A stretch of DNA of 56,762 bases from an uncultured virus (IMG/VR IMGVR_UViG_3300042343_001623) (IMGVR_UViG_3300042343_001623); one strand, 5' to 3'; positions 46,201 to 56,762 are shown, counted from the stretch's first letter. Notes: generated by a model not told the origin, from the letters alone. Program-made: numbers and translations.

Positions 46201-49151
46201 TGGCCACAGGAAATTACAGAGTACCTGCAAACGGAAACAACACCTTCTCGGACAATTTGGTCGGGTTTCAGGTGGTGGACGGGGGAGGTCTCACTCAAGG
46301 TAATTTTGAATTTACAAGAGGTATAGTTGAAAAGGCCAACAGAGAATTTAGTGTCGGATCTTTTTCTAAACCTATTTCATTAGAAGATTTACAAGTAAGA
46401 AGTGTTGCTGAGGCAAAAAAAATATTTGCAAAAGAATTTAGTGTCGTTCCAAACTTCGATTTATCTGAAGTAACAAATTATTCACTTTATGGTTCTTTAC
46501 AAAAAAGATTTGCGGCAACAATTCAACATGTGATTAACTTCTTCCCAGCGGCGTTAGAAGTGGATGGATTATATTATGATTATACATCTGCAAATACGGC
46601 ATATGATATTTCATATGATGCGGTAGGTAATGAAACTGAATTTAAGATAAATGTTGATAGGATCAAAAATCCTTTTGATATTGATTTCTCTCAAAATGCC
46701 GAGATGAATATTTCGGCAAGAGAACAAGTAATATCGCAATATAGAAATTTACCAGCAACATTCATAAATTATTCTTTGTTTTTGAATGGTGTCGAATATC
46801 CTGTAAATGACTTTACACCGTCACAAAACTTAACTTCGGGTTATATAACTTTTATTGTTGAAGGAAATCCATTCTCAGGAGTTACATCGACATTTGACTC
46901 CTTGGTGATTCGTTTGAATGACACCAAAACCGAAATGGTTTTTTCGGAAAATTTTGATGAACTCGGAAAATTTCTTCTAAACAGGTTAATTATCCCAAGA
47001 TATACTGCTTTTTTTAAAGTTCCAAGACAAACACCTGATGGTCAAAATTACACAGGTAATGAATATGTGACTTGGCCTTTAGATGGTCAATGGAACTTGG
47101 ATATTAGAACCAATTTATATACACAATATCTCGAAAAATTAAATACTTTGTCAGAGGAGATGGACAGATTCAAGTCCAATCTTATTTCGAGATTCTTAAC
47201 TACTGGCGCTTTTAAAGATTTCGACACGGAAGATCAAAAAGTCGAAAAAGTATTACAAATTTATGGAAGAAGTTTTGACGAATTAAAAAAATTTATTGAT
47301 GGACTTGCGTACATAAATTCTGTTCACTACAATCTACCAAACAGTGATATACCATCCCAACTATTATCTAATTTAGCAACAACGTTGGGATGGAGTGAAG
47401 ATGTTTCACAAATCACAAATGAAAACTTTCTCAATTCAATTTTTAATGTTGGTAGTAACCCGATTTATTCGGGATATTCAAGGGATTATACACCTACCGA
47501 ACTTAACTTCCAATTTTACAGAAACTTAATTCTTAACTCGGCATATCTTTTTAAATCCAAAGGAACCAAAAAATCTATCGAGTTTTTATTAAGAATGATT
47601 GGTGCTCCCGACTCTATGGTGGAATTCAATGAAACAATTTATTTAGCCGATGGTCCGATTAATGTCGAACAATTCGATGCTTACTGGTCTCAAATTTCGG
47701 GTGGGTCAAAAGTTGATGAAGTGGTTGTCTCCGACACCTCAAACATATATCAATTTCAGGGGGTACAATATTGTGCGTATACTGTCGACACACAAATTAA
47801 ATTTGTAAATTTATTTAGATCGGATTATCCGTTCGATGATGAGGGTTATCCAAAACCACCCACCAATAACAATAGTTTCTTTTATCAACAAGGTGCGGGT
47901 TGGTACGATAGAACACCATATCACGTTTCACCTCTCGAGGTTGACACCACCTTATCGGTATACACAGGAACTAACCCCGTAAACGTAACAAAATATCAGA
48001 ACTTTACCTATGGGTACAAGTATTTGAATACTTTCTCTTCTTTCCCTGAAATAAGGATGGGATTTCATCTAAAACCAATCCCCGACAATCAGAAGAGTTG
48101 GACTAATACACAACTTGGATTAAGAAGAAGTACTGTACCGGGATATGAAGCTTATTATTACCTCAATGATGATAGACTTGTATTGAATGCTAAAAATATT
48201 GATTTGAATCTGAATATTGCAAAACCATTGGAATATGATGTTTGGAATATGTCAGTTCAATATAACTATCCAATACCATCTACAGGTTTGACAATAACAT
48301 ATCCTGGCGATCCATATCCTTTCGTCATCAATCCTAAGCCGACGCAAAAAACTTTCTTCGAGTTTGCTCAGACTTTCTATAACAAGATGGTCAATGTCCC
48401 AAATAGATGGTATGATACTGATGGTAAAACTTCAGGTTATCCTCTTCTACAATCTTTGTATTGGAAATATTTGAATTCGCAAAGTACGGTCGGAATTCCA
48501 TCGAACCAATTTACATATCAAAAAATGATAGACTTCACCATTCAAATTGGTGATAGATGGATGAGATTGGTCGAACAGATGATTCCTTCAACAACTATAT
48601 GGAATGGGGGAGTCAGAGTTGAAAATACACAATTCCATAGACAAAAGTTTGTATATAGAAGACAGAGGGGTTGTCAGATTATTCCTGTACCGTGCAAAAA
48701 TTGTTGGCTTGAATGTTACATCTTCACACAAGATTGTATTGATGAGACTGTAGAATGCTCAATCTATCCTTGGTCCGTCGGGTCTTCCATTAATTCTTTC
48801 AATTCAATTCTGACGAATAGACTCGATGCGTGTTTACTATCCAATTCCTACACCTACCCCGAAGTTAATTTGAATTCTATATTATCCGAATGGTATGTTG
48901 ATTTGAAAATTGGAAACCAACAAATTGTCTTAGAAAAGTTTTATGAGGGGTATGGATCGACGGATGCACCAACAACAAATGATTGGTTGAATGCTCTTAA
49001 TACCTACCTTACAGATTTACACAGTTATGGATTTAACTATTATATAAATAATAATCAACTTACAGTCTCAAATACGAATTGTTATGAGTTATTTTCACAA
49101 GACACATTCTATTTAAGAGTAGGTATCAATTTTACGTTTAGTCTTAATTAA
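46200..49151 (+). CDS. Baseplate wedge protein (gp7/P2 gpI-like domain)
   Basis: DIPSQLL.NLA.TLGW and YLFKSKGTKKSIEFLLR.IG match the tail_P2_I-type 'L..LA...G ... .KGT..AI' pattern. Confidence 0.65.
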   Translation: MATGNYRVPANGNNTFSDNLVGFQVVDGGGLTQGNFEFTRGIVEKANREFSVGSFSKPISLEDLQVRSVAEAKKIFAKEFSVVPNFDLSEVTNYSLYGSLQKRFAATIQHVINFFPAALEVDGLYYDYTSANTAYDISYDAVGNETEFKINVDRIKNPFDIDFSQNAEMNISAREQVISQYRNLPATFINYSLFLNGVEYPVNDFTPSQNLTSGYITFIVEGNPFSGVTSTFDSLVIRLNDTKTEMVFSENFDELGKFLLNRLIIPRYTAFFKVPRQTPDGQNYTGNEYVTWPLDGQWNLDIRTNLYTQYLEKLNTLSEEMDRFKSNLISRFLTTGAFKDFDTEDQKVEKVLQIYGRSFDELKKFIDGLAYINSVHYNLPNSDIPSQLLSNLATTLGWSEDVSQITNENFLNSIFNVGSNPIYSGYSRDYTPTELNFQFYRNLILNSAYLFKSKGTKKSIEFLLRMIGAPDSMVEFNETIYLADGPINVEQFDAYWSQISGGSKVDEVVVSDTSNIYQFQGVQYCAYTVDTQIKFVNLFRSDYPFDDEGYPKPPTNNNSFFYQQGAGWYDRTPYHVSPLEVDTTLSVYTGTNPVNVTKYQNFTYGYKYLNTFSSFPEIRMGFHLKPIPDNQKSWTNTQLGLRRSTVPGYEAYYYLNDDRLVLNAKNIDLNLNIAKPLEYDVWNMSVQYNYPIPSTGLTITYPGDPYPFVINPKPTQKTFFEFAQTFYNKMVNVPNRWYDTDGKTSGYPLLQSLYWKYLNSQSTVGIPSNQFTYQKMIDFTIQIGDRWMRLVEQMIPSTTIWNGGVRVENTQFHRQKFVYRRQRGCQIIPVPCKNCWLECYIFTQDCIDETVECSIYPWSVGSSINSFNSILTNRLDACLLSNSYTYPEVNLNSILSEWYVDLKIGNQQIVLEKFYEGYGSTDAPTTNDWLNALNTYLTDLHSYGFNYYINNNQLTVSNTNCYELFSQDTFYLRVGINFTFSLN

Positions 49152-52100
49152 TGGCATTATCAACATTATCATACAGTTATACGACAGGTGCGGATTGTTA
49201 CAACACCCACGATGGTAATATACAAGTGCTCCTGAATTCGAGTGCGCCACCTATGACCGTTAATTGGGTTTCACCAAATTTGGGTTCAGATACTGTAAGT
49301 TCGGGTGATAGTCTTTTAAGTTCGAGACTAAATTTGTCGGCGGGGACATATTACGTAGAAGTAAATGATGTAAATAATCAATCAACACCGGATGTACTTG
49401 AAATAGTTGTTCAATCATATTTCATTCCTGTTTTTTCAAGAATTGTAAACACAACTTGTGGATCTGCAGATGGACTTTTAACTATAAGTTTATCGGCTGG
49501 AACCGCACCATTTAGTTTAGATTTATACAAAGACGGATCTTTATTTTCTCAAGTAACCACGAATTCAATATCATATTCATATTTCAATCTGTCGGCGGGA
49601 ACGTATTATATCTCAGGTACAAGTGGTAATGGTTGTACCGCAACAACACCAAGTGTAATTATTCAATCCTCAACAACTTTAGATTACGGTTTTTGGGTGG
49701 TAAATGATTCCAATTGTGGGGTTCACAATGGTAAGTTGACAATAACAGGGTTGACAGGAACTGCACCATATACGTATGAGTGGACTAGTTTTACTCCTGC
49801 AAGGACAACACAAACTGTCACGGGCTTAACTGCAAGTACATATTCAGTAATAGTTACAGATTCTACAGGTTGTTCTTTGGCTAAATCTCAAACTATTGTA
49901 ACATCCGATCCGTTAGGGTTGGAAAGTGCTATTGCAACCTCACCCACCTGTTTTACTAATGATGGTCAAATTCAGTTGGTTTTCACGGGTGGTGAATTAC
50001 CATTCTATTATTCAGGATCGAATGGATATAGTGAAATATCATATTCGAGGACTCTTACTCTTACAGGATTGTCGGCAGGAGAGCTGGGTATACAGGTACA
50101 AGACGTTGGACTATGTAGTTTTCTATATCAAACAAGTTTAAATACAACCAACGGATTTAATTTAATATCTCTAACCACAACAAATTCAACGTGTTCAACG
50201 TTAGGAGGGTCAGTCACCACGGTGATTGCTGGTGGAGCCGGTCCTTATACTTATACCTTAGTCAAACCTGGTGGTGATACAGAAGTACAAAGTACAAATT
50301 TTACAACAGCAACTTTTTCTTCACTTGACAGCGGAGATTACACTATAGTAATCTCAAATCCTATTTGTACATACAGCGAAGAATTTACAATTATAACACA
50401 AGATAAATTTTCAGTTGTTGTTTTACCCGATGCGGAAATTTGTCAAAATGTTAATGGAAGTATACAAGTCGACATTTCAGGTGACATTCAATATCCCGTA
50501 CAATATCAATTGTATTTTGAAAATAATATTGTAGACCAAAGTAATCAAAGTTCACAAGATTCATATACCTTTTATAACTTAGACAATGGATTATATCAGG
50601 TTGTGGTGACAGATACGAGTGGGTGTGAAATAACAAAAGATGCGGTACTACCTAACTTGGGATATCTTGATTTCTTTATTCAAGGAACCAATGGGACGGT
50701 GGGAAATACAGGATCGGCGATTGCTTATATAACGGAGGGTAATGGTCCATTCACATTTCTTTGGTCAAATGGTGAAACAACACAGAGTATTTCTAACCTA
50801 AGTGCGGGTACATATTCAGTAACCATTACCGATATACACGGATGTTCTCAAACAAAGTCGGTAAATATTATTTCGGCAACACAAATTGTATGTTATGAAA
50901 CTTACTCTGTATGTGAATCTGAATTTCAAATAACATATAACAGAAAAAGATCATTATTCAACATGTTGAATGAGGGATTTTATGACTTAACAAATGGGAC
51001 GGGTATTGATTGTACTTTAAATAGTGCAATTTTCCAAACAGATATTACAGTAAGCGGTGTCAGTTACACGGATCAATTCTATACGGCCACAACCCTAAAT
51101 GATGTACCTGGTGACAATGATTATACTGCATCAATTTCAGGTCTATTGGATTCGATTGAGGGAATCAGTTCATATACCTTTGATCTACTAAATAATAAAG
51201 TAACAGTTTTTTCTGACTGTGATAATGGAAATATTTTAGAAAATGAAACAATTTGTTTTTCAGTATCCATAGATTATGATATTAGTTGTGTTCAAAGTGC
51301 AATTCCACCAACACCATCAGTAACACCAACCACCACAGTTACACCAACGATTACATCGACACCTGCGGTTAGTCCAACTAATACCCCAACCATTACACAA
51401 ACACCAACATTAACACCTACATTAACTCCAACACCAACCGTGACACCTACAGTAACTCAAACCTGTTTCAGTCATCTTGTTTACTTAACAACGGATCCGA
51501 GAGACGCATGTTATGCGGCGGGAACGGCAACTACAGTCTATTCACCGAGTGCGGTATTGGGACCTGGTTCATATGTTTATTCAGGATCCAATTGTACCTC
51601 TCCAATTGGAGATGGAGTATTTATTAGACCTGTAACAAGTCCGATTAACCAAGATGTCTTACAGATTGTTGGAACATTGGGTATTGCGGTCTCTTACAAC
51701 TGCACGACTCCAATTCCTGCATCACCGACGGTTACTCCGACACAAACTAAGACACCAACTCCAACACCTACCAAGACACCATCAGTAGTTAGTTACACTT
51801 GTAAAGTGTATGATGTATCTGGTGCAATAAGTTCAGGGACTCTGTGGGGATATACTGATTGCGGAGGAAATGCTCAAACTATATTTGTTTTAGCAGGAAA
51901 CTCAGAAACCATTTGTGCGGTAGTTGGAAGTGTAACAATACTAAGTGGTGCGGGACCAGGTGCAATTCAAATCATGGGATCACTTTGTTTTTTACCTCCG
52001 TCACCAACTCCTTCAGTTACACCAACTAGAACACCTACCTCATCACCCATAGTGACACCATGTACACCTCATACGGTTTATATTAGTACATCTAAAACTG

Positions 52101-52303
52101 CGGTTTGTGATGGGTCTGCACCTACGACTGTTGTTTATCTATACAACACAAACGTTACGGCCGGATACAATGCATATACCAACAGTTCTTGTACGACACC
52201 CGTCCAAATAGCGAGATTTATTTCACCAACTTCGGTTTCATCACCATCAACAGTTTTCCAAGTCTCAAATCCTTCGGGTAATTTGATCAGCACCGCTTGT
52301 TAA
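49151..52303 (+). CDS. Fibre/adhesin-like protein with tandem SprB-type repeats and Pro/Thr linkers
   Basis: Repeated C...DG.I.....GG..PY.Y.W ... L.AGTY.V.VTD..GC units (e.g. GNGPFTFLWSNGETTQSISNLSAGTYSVTITDIHGCS); TPTPT tracts near 51305-51463, 51706-51785 and 51995-52060. Confidence 0.8.
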   Translation: MALSTLSYSYTTGADCYNTHDGNIQVLLNSSAPPMTVNWVSPNLGSDTVSSGDSLLSSRLNLSAGTYYVEVNDVNNQSTPDVLEIVVQSYFIPVFSRIVNTTCGSADGLLTISLSAGTAPFSLDLYKDGSLFSQVTTNSISYSYFNLSAGTYYISGTSGNGCTATTPSVIIQSSTTLDYGFWVVNDSNCGVHNGKLTITGLTGTAPYTYEWTSFTPARTTQTVTGLTASTYSVIVTDSTGCSLAKSQTIVTSDPLGLESAIATSPTCFTNDGQIQLVFTGGELPFYYSGSNGYSEISYSRTLTLTGLSAGELGIQVQDVGLCSFLYQTSLNTTNGFNLISLTTTNSTCSTLGGSVTTVIAGGAGPYTYTLVKPGGDTEVQSTNFTTATFSSLDSGDYTIVISNPICTYSEEFTIITQDKFSVVVLPDAEICQNVNGSIQVDISGDIQYPVQYQLYFENNIVDQSNQSSQDSYTFYNLDNGLYQVVVTDTSGCEITKDAVLPNLGYLDFFIQGTNGTVGNTGSAIAYITEGNGPFTFLWSNGETTQSISNLSAGTYSVTITDIHGCSQTKSVNIISATQIVCYETYSVCESEFQITYNRKRSLFNMLNEGFYDLTNGTGIDCTLNSAIFQTDITVSGVSYTDQFYTATTLNDVPGDNDYTASISGLLDSIEGISSYTFDLLNNKVTVFSDCDNGNILENETICFSVSIDYDISCVQSAIPPTPSVTPTTTVTPTITSTPAVSPTNTPTITQTPTLTPTLTPTPTVTPTVTQTCFSHLVYLTTDPRDACYAAGTATTVYSPSAVLGPGSYVYSGSNCTSPIGDGVFIRPVTSPINQDVLQIVGTLGIAVSYNCTTPIPASPTVTPTQTKTPTPTPTKTPSVVSYTCKVYDVSGAISSGTLWGYTDCGGNAQTIFVLAGNSETICAVVGSVTILSGAGPGAIQIMGSLCFLPPSPTPSVTPTRTPTSSPIVTPCTPHTVYISTSKTAVCDGSAPTTVVYLYNTNVTAGYNAYTNSSCTTPVQIARFISPTSVSSPSTVFQVSNPSGNLISTAC

Positions 52304-52304
52304 A

Positions 52305-52577
52305 ATGGCAAATATAAGATTAAACTCAATAACAGGAACTCCCCCATTCGAAGTATATGTTTCAGATGTAAACGGAAATAATCAATCTTTGGTGGGGATC
52401 GTATTAAATAGTGTACCGCCAACAGTCACAATAAATATTCCTGCAATTTTTAATAATTCACCGCAAATTGGACTTACAGTAATTGATAGTAATGGATGTA
52501 ATTTATTTTATATAATTCCCTGTAATACTGAAACAGATATTTGTTACTTTGGAATTGATATTGAGGAGCAAACATAA
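52305..52577 (+). CDS. Small protein resembling a single SprB-like beta module
   Basis: ITGTPPFEVYV ... VIDSNGC. Confidence 0.6.
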   Translation: MANIRLNSITGTPPFEVYVSDVNGNNQSLVGIVLNSVPPTVTINIPAIFNNSPQIGLTVIDSNGCNLFYIIPCNTETDICYFGIDIEEQT

Positions 52578-52628
52578 ATAAAGTATTTCAAATACCTTTT
52601 TTATTGTATTTATAAAAAAACTCCTTAA

Positions 52629-53669
52629 ATGGCTGAATATATTCTTAGAATATCCTCTAACTCAAACGCGAAAGGTCCTTTCGATGTTTATACTGGTGAT
52701 ACATCTATAACTTCACCAATTTATTCATCGGCGACTTTCGACGATATGATTGTGGGGGTGACTTTGGATTTACCTGGTTCACCTTCGGGAGTTGTTTACC
52801 AAATTTATGTGGTCAATAAAGAAGAAGGATGTGACGACAACTTTCAACAGCAGGTTGTCCTTGTTACAGAAACAACAACTTCTCCTGTTACACCAACTGT
52901 TACACCAACCAATACACCAACACCATCTATTACCCCATCCTTTACTCCGACACCTACAGTTACACCTACCCCTGGTCTCAGCCCAACTCCAACACCTACT
53001 ATCACTCCAAGTATATCCGAAAGTCCGACACAAACTCCAACTCCGACACCTACACCGAGCGCGACACCATTCAGTTATCAAGCCTACCTATTCCCCGAAC
53101 CACAAGATATTACATCGAGAAACGCTATAGGACAATATATGTATGACGGAGCAAAAACTTGGTTTGGTTGGGGTAACTCGGGTGTTCCTGGAAGTTTAAA
53201 TTATTCTGATAATATGGACTACTATGCTCACTACAGTGGATTTACAAACGGAAGTTCAGGAAACTTTATTACACAAGTTTCTTCACTCAGTAGTGCAATG
53301 TTCCAATCATCGGGTAATGACCCATATGGATGTCCAATTAACCAATATGGTTTTGGAACCATTAATATAAATAGTTCTTTGGTCAATACAAGTGTTAAGT
53401 ATTTCTATTCGATATGGTTGCCACTCGGTGGTATGAACGGAACGATGTCTGAAATGACTGTCAATGTTGGAACAAACCCATGTTCATATAATATTGGTGC
53501 GGACTTAATACCTGATAGTATAAAACAAACAAATGTCACTGTTACTTCAGGTGCTGCTATTCCGGCTGGTACATATAGGGTACTTTGGATAGATCCAAAC
53601 TTACATATTCCTAACACATTACCACTCGGAACGGGATTATATTTTTCTTCAGGTGAATACGTTCCATAA
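52629..53669 (+). CDS. Two-domain protein with a long Pro/Thr linker, putative virion appendage
   Basis: About 65-aa [13 protein letters not shown] tract (approx. 52868-53070); own TATTTATA motif. Confidence 0.7.
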   Translation: MAEYILRISSNSNAKGPFDVYTGDTSITSPIYSSATFDDMIVGVTLDLPGSPSGVVYQIYVVNKEEGCDDNFQQQVVLVTETTTSPVTPTVTPTNTPTPSITPSFTPTPTVTPTPGLSPTPTPTITPSISESPTQTPTPTPTPSATPFSYQAYLFPEPQDITSRNAIGQYMYDGAKTWFGWGNSGVPGSLNYSDNMDYYAHYSGFTNGSSGNFITQVSSLSSAMFQSSGNDPYGCPINQYGFGTININSSLVNTSVKYFYSIWLPLGGMNGTMSEMTVNVGTNPCSYNIGADLIPDSIKQTNVTVTSGAAIPAGTYRVLWIDPNLHIPNTLPLGTGLYFSSGEYVP

Positions 53670-53700
53670 ATGTAAATTTGATATTTATATAGAAAACTAA

Positions 53701-55377
53701 ATGCCACTCTCATTTAAAAATCCATCAAATCCAATCCAAGTCTACGGACCAAGTTCCGTACCACGGGAGGCGACATATGGAACAAACTTTAGTAATTATG
53801 AGATAGGTGGTTTTATGCAGGTCTATACACTTCAAGACCTGATTTATACAATACCAACGGGTCAAACAGGACTCATCGAGTACACAGGAAATACAATTCC
53901 TATTCGTTTCATAAAGGGACAAAATAACACGTTTAATCCTGATGTTTTATTTCTTAATTCCGATAATATTTCATCGGGTAGAAGAAAACTCGGTATGTTG
54001 GCTTATGTCCAAGAAAACCAAACAACATATCAGTATGTAATAGATGATTATGATACGTTATGGGATCAGTTGTTGACTTTGAGTGGGGCTTCGGCAATCA
54101 CACAGACAGACTATACAACGACGGTCAACTCCTTATCACAAATAGGTAGGGATTTTATTTCATTATGGACAGGGTCTACTATTGAGGATGTCAGTGGTGT
54201 AACAAGAGCAAATGCTAGATGGAGAAAATTTCCAAATATAGATGTATTTGTTACGGGTGGTACGTATTACCCTGAAAGTTCAGAAATAATATTTACCAAC
54301 AACACAGGTGGGACATTCAATGTCACCGGATTAACAAGTGGATTTACAGTTAGTGTTTCGGCAAATACTGGTTTAGGTCTCGAAAGTAATACTTTATATA
54401 CTATCTATAACAGTATTTTGGATCCGAACTTAGAAGTACCTGAAGATGTCGGTGGTGTAGAGGCGGGAACAACAGTGTCACAACTCACCGGATTAACGTT
54501 GGTACAATTATTTGATGAATTATTATTTCCAACCTTAAATCCAACTTACACAATACCAACTATTGGAATATCAGGGGTTGCGAACACAATAGTTGAAGTT
54601 GGATCTACTTTGAGCCTTAATATAAGTGCCAGTTCAACCAAAAATGATGCAGGTATTTTTACACAACTGAGATTACTAAGGAATGGATCCTCAATTTTCA
54701 CAGATACAACATTAACAAATAGTTCGGCAACAAATATTGCCGCTCAATTTGGATTTCAGGATCCGAATAATCCTAATTCCGGTTTTACAATAAGTCCTAC
54801 ACCTTATTCAGAATCCTATACTGTACCAGCACCCGCAGGATCAAATACCTCAACGGCCACAGTGTATAAATCCGATGGTAATTATAACGCGGGTTTAGCA
54901 AAAAACGACAGTAAAGGATCCGCAGATACAAGAACCGCATTAGTAAGGAGTGTAAATGCTCCTCAAGCGGCGGCAAATAATTTTGAAAGTACATCATATA
55001 CATACACAGGAATTTACCCATACTATTGGGGTACTTCTGTCACACTTCCAACTACATCAACAATTGCTGATGAAATTTCGGGAGGAACTGCAAATAAAGT
55101 TTTGAGTTCCGCTAGTGGAACAATAACTATTAATTTTAGTGCTAGTTCAGAGTACTTATGGTTCGCTCATTTTGAAAATTATACAACCAAAACAAAGTGG
55201 TTTGTTACTGAATTAAATCAGGGTGCTATAGGTGGTGGAAGTAATCTTTTCAACACACCGCAAATAGTAAGTGTGGATAGTTCCGACGGATATTGGAATA
55301 CAATCAATTACAAAATATATATAGGTAACTATCAAACATCAACTTTCGCAGATCCTATGCAATTAAGAAACTCGTAA
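53701..55377 (+). CDS. Thr/Ser/Gly-rich putative structural (fibre-associated) protein
   Basis: 558-aa ORF with its own TATTTATA motif; beta-rich composition. Confidence 0.65.
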   Translation: MPLSFKNPSNPIQVYGPSSVPREATYGTNFSNYEIGGFMQVYTLQDLIYTIPTGQTGLIEYTGNTIPIRFIKGQNNTFNPDVLFLNSDNISSGRRKLGMLAYVQENQTTYQYVIDDYDTLWDQLLTLSGASAITQTDYTTTVNSLSQIGRDFISLWTGSTIEDVSGVTRANARWRKFPNIDVFVTGGTYYPESSEIIFTNNTGGTFNVTGLTSGFTVSVSANTGLGLESNTLYTIYNSILDPNLEVPEDVGGVEAGTTVSQLTGLTLVQLFDELLFPTLNPTYTIPTIGISGVANTIVEVGSTLSLNISASSTKNDAGIFTQLRLLRNGSSIFTDTTLTNSSATNIAAQFGFQDPNNPNSGFTISPTPYSESYTVPAPAGSNTSTATVYKSDGNYNAGLAKNDSKGSADTRTALVRSVNAPQAAANNFESTSYTYTGIYPYYWGTSVTLPTTSTIADEISGGTANKVLSSASGTITINFSASSEYLWFAHFENYTTKTKWFVTELNQGAIGGGSNLFNTPQIVSVDSSDGYWNTINYKIYIGNYQTSTFADPMQLRNS

Positions 55378-55378
55378 A

Positions 55379-56762
55379 ATGGCTATTATATTAAACGATA
55401 ATTTAGAAACCTTTTCACCCAAACCGTTAGATGAACGATATGGTCCGTATACAAGTGTTACAGAAGCAAACAATAGTATACTATATGCGAATAGGTATTT
55501 AGGATTAACCGTTGGTATAATTACAGGAACAACAACTCAGGAGGGTCCAAATGATTATCCGAGATATTTGACTGTTGAAAGTGGGGTCACAGAATATTGG
55601 TACTGGACTGGTATTACTGACTTGGATTTAGTTATCAAGACAATTGATGTTTCTTCAGGGTCAAGTGGATCTTCTGGAACATCAGGTTCTTCAGGATCAA
55701 GCGGAACATCAGGTTCTTCAGGATCAAGCGGTACATCAGGAAGTAGTGGATCTTCTGGAACATCAGGATCTAGTGGAACTTCAGGTTCTTCAGGATCAAG
55801 TGGTACTTCAGGAAGTAGTGGTTCTTCAGGAACCTCAGGATCTAGCGGTACTTCAGGTTCTTCAGGGTCAAGTGGTACTTCAGGAAGTAGTGGATCTTCA
55901 GGAACATCAGGATCTAGCGGTACGTCAGGAAGTAGTGGTTCTTCAGGGACATCAGGGTCAAGTGGAACTTCAGGAAGTAGTGGAACTTCAGGTTCTTCAG
56001 GATCAAGTGGTACTTCGGGATCTAGCGGGTCAAGTGGGACATCAGGATCATCTGGTTCAAGTGGTACATCAGGATCTTCAGGTTCGAGTGGTACATCAGG
56101 ATCTTCAGGTTCGAGTGGAACATCAGGAAGTAGTGGATCTTCAGGTTCGAGTGGAACATCAGGAAGTAGTGGATCTAGCGGCACATCAGGTTCATCAGGT
56201 TCAAGTGGAACATCAGGGAGTAGTGGATCGAGTGGTACATCAGGATCTTCGGGTTCAAGTGGAACATCAGGTTCTAGTGGATCGAGTGGTACATCAGGAT
56301 CGTCAGGATCAAGTGGAACATCAGGTTCTTCGGGAACTTCAGGGTCAAGTGGGACATCAGGTTCTTCGGGAACTTCAGGATCAAGTGGAACATCAGGTTC
56401 TTCGGGAACTTCAGGATCAAGTGGAACATCAGGTTCTTCGGGAACTTCAGGGTCAAGTGGGACATCAGGTTCTTCGGGAACTTCAGGGTCAAGTGGGACA
56501 TCAGGTTCTTCGGGAACTTCAGGTTCTTCAGGATCCAGTGGAACTTCAGGTTCTTCGGGATCTAGTGGAACTTCAGGATCTAGTGGGACTTCAGGAAGTA
56601 GTGGATCTTCTGGAACATCGGGATCCAGTGGAACGTCAGGATCTAGTGGAACATCTGGTTCTTCAGGGTCAAGCGGAACTTCAGGAAGTAGTGGATCCTC
56701 AGGAACATCGGGTTCAAGTGGTACTTCAGGAAGTAGTGGAACCTCAGGGTCTTCAGGATCAA
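55379..56762 (+). CDS. Putative fibre protein with a long (S/T)-S-G triplet repeat; 3'-partial
   Basis: Not in the ORF track. ATG at 55379 gives MAIILNDNLETFSPKPLDERYGPY...RYLGLTVGI...EYWY, then SSGSSGSSGTSG... open to the window end. Confidence 0.9.
   Translation, partial: MAIILNDNLETFSPKPLDERYGPYTSVTEANNSILYANRYLGLTVGIITGTTTQEGPNDYPRYLTVESGVTEYWYWTGITDLDLVIKTIDVSSGSSGSSGTSGSSGSSGTSGSSGSSGTSGSSGSSGTSGSSGTSGSSGSSGTSGSSGSSGTSGSSGTSGSSGSSGTSGSSGSSGTSGSSGTSGSSGSSGTSGSSGTSGSSGTSGSSGSSGTSGSSGSSGTSGSSGSSGTSGSSGSSGTSGSSGSSGTSGSSGSSGSSGTSGSSGSSGTSGSSGSSGTSGSSGSSGTSGSSGSSGTSGSSGSSGTSGSSGSSGTSGSSGTSGSSGTSGSSGTSGSSGTSGSSGTSGSSGTSGSSGTSGSSGTSGSSGTSGSSGTSGSSGTSGSSGSSGTSGSSGSSGTSGSSGTSGSSGSSGTSGSSGTSGSSGTSGSSGSSGTSGSSGSSGTSGSSGTSGSSGTSGSSGS
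55652..56762 (+). repeat. 9-nt periodic coding repeat (about 123 X-S-G triplets) with a 6 x 36-nt higher-order block at 56303-56518
   Basis: Gly codons stay in 9-nt phase at the positions checked (55658, 56225-56279, 56702); unit TCAGG(A/G)TCAAGTGG(A/G)ACATCAGGTTCTTCGGGAACT occurs six times. Confidence 0.95.

Noticed and set aside
55555..56501. Minus-strand ORFs (PLDPEVP... and MSHLTLKFPKNL...)
   Set aside because: Antisense shadows of the plus-strand S/T-S-G repeat gene
1..56762. Genome-wide TAG or TGA stop-codon reassignment
   Set aside because: Genes up to 2118 aa are intact in the standard code and pack tightly using TAA/TGA stops; TAG is merely rare (10462, 33864, 45305)

Overview
This window is a gene-dense, AT-rich fragment of a large contractile-tailed (myovirus-like, distantly T4-related) phage genome. 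No rRNA, tRNA, integrase, transposase or cas gene was recognised. In order it holds: a partial Fe/Mn superoxide dismutase fused to a large extra domain (missed by the ORF track); a SNF2 helicase; three small genes sharing an MKDLIKKILKEE leader; neck, tail-terminator, sheath, HAD-like, tube and tail/baseplate chaperone genes; very large baseplate hub genes; a replication block (SSB, UvsX/RecA, 5'-3' exonuclease, DnaB-like helicase, nrdB, nrdA); two more leader-bearing cassette genes (ParB-like and ADP-ribosyltransferase-like bodies); baseplate wedge genes; SprB-repeat and Pro/Thr-rich fibre-like genes; and a partial (S/T)-S-G repeat protein. SprB repeats, the RNR subtype and SD-less A-rich starts point, by inference, to a Bacteroidota host. 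Two signals stand out. (1) Late-promoter-driven cassettes put one conserved 12-aa leader on unrelated cargo domains; the leader resembles a capsid-targeting/prohead-protease signal, and DNA repeats record body swapping. (2) In-frame 66-nt repeats in two of these genes pair a conserved 33-nt half with a fixed-length hypervariable 33-nt half, suggesting targeted diversification. All functional calls come from motif recognition by eye; no database searches were run.
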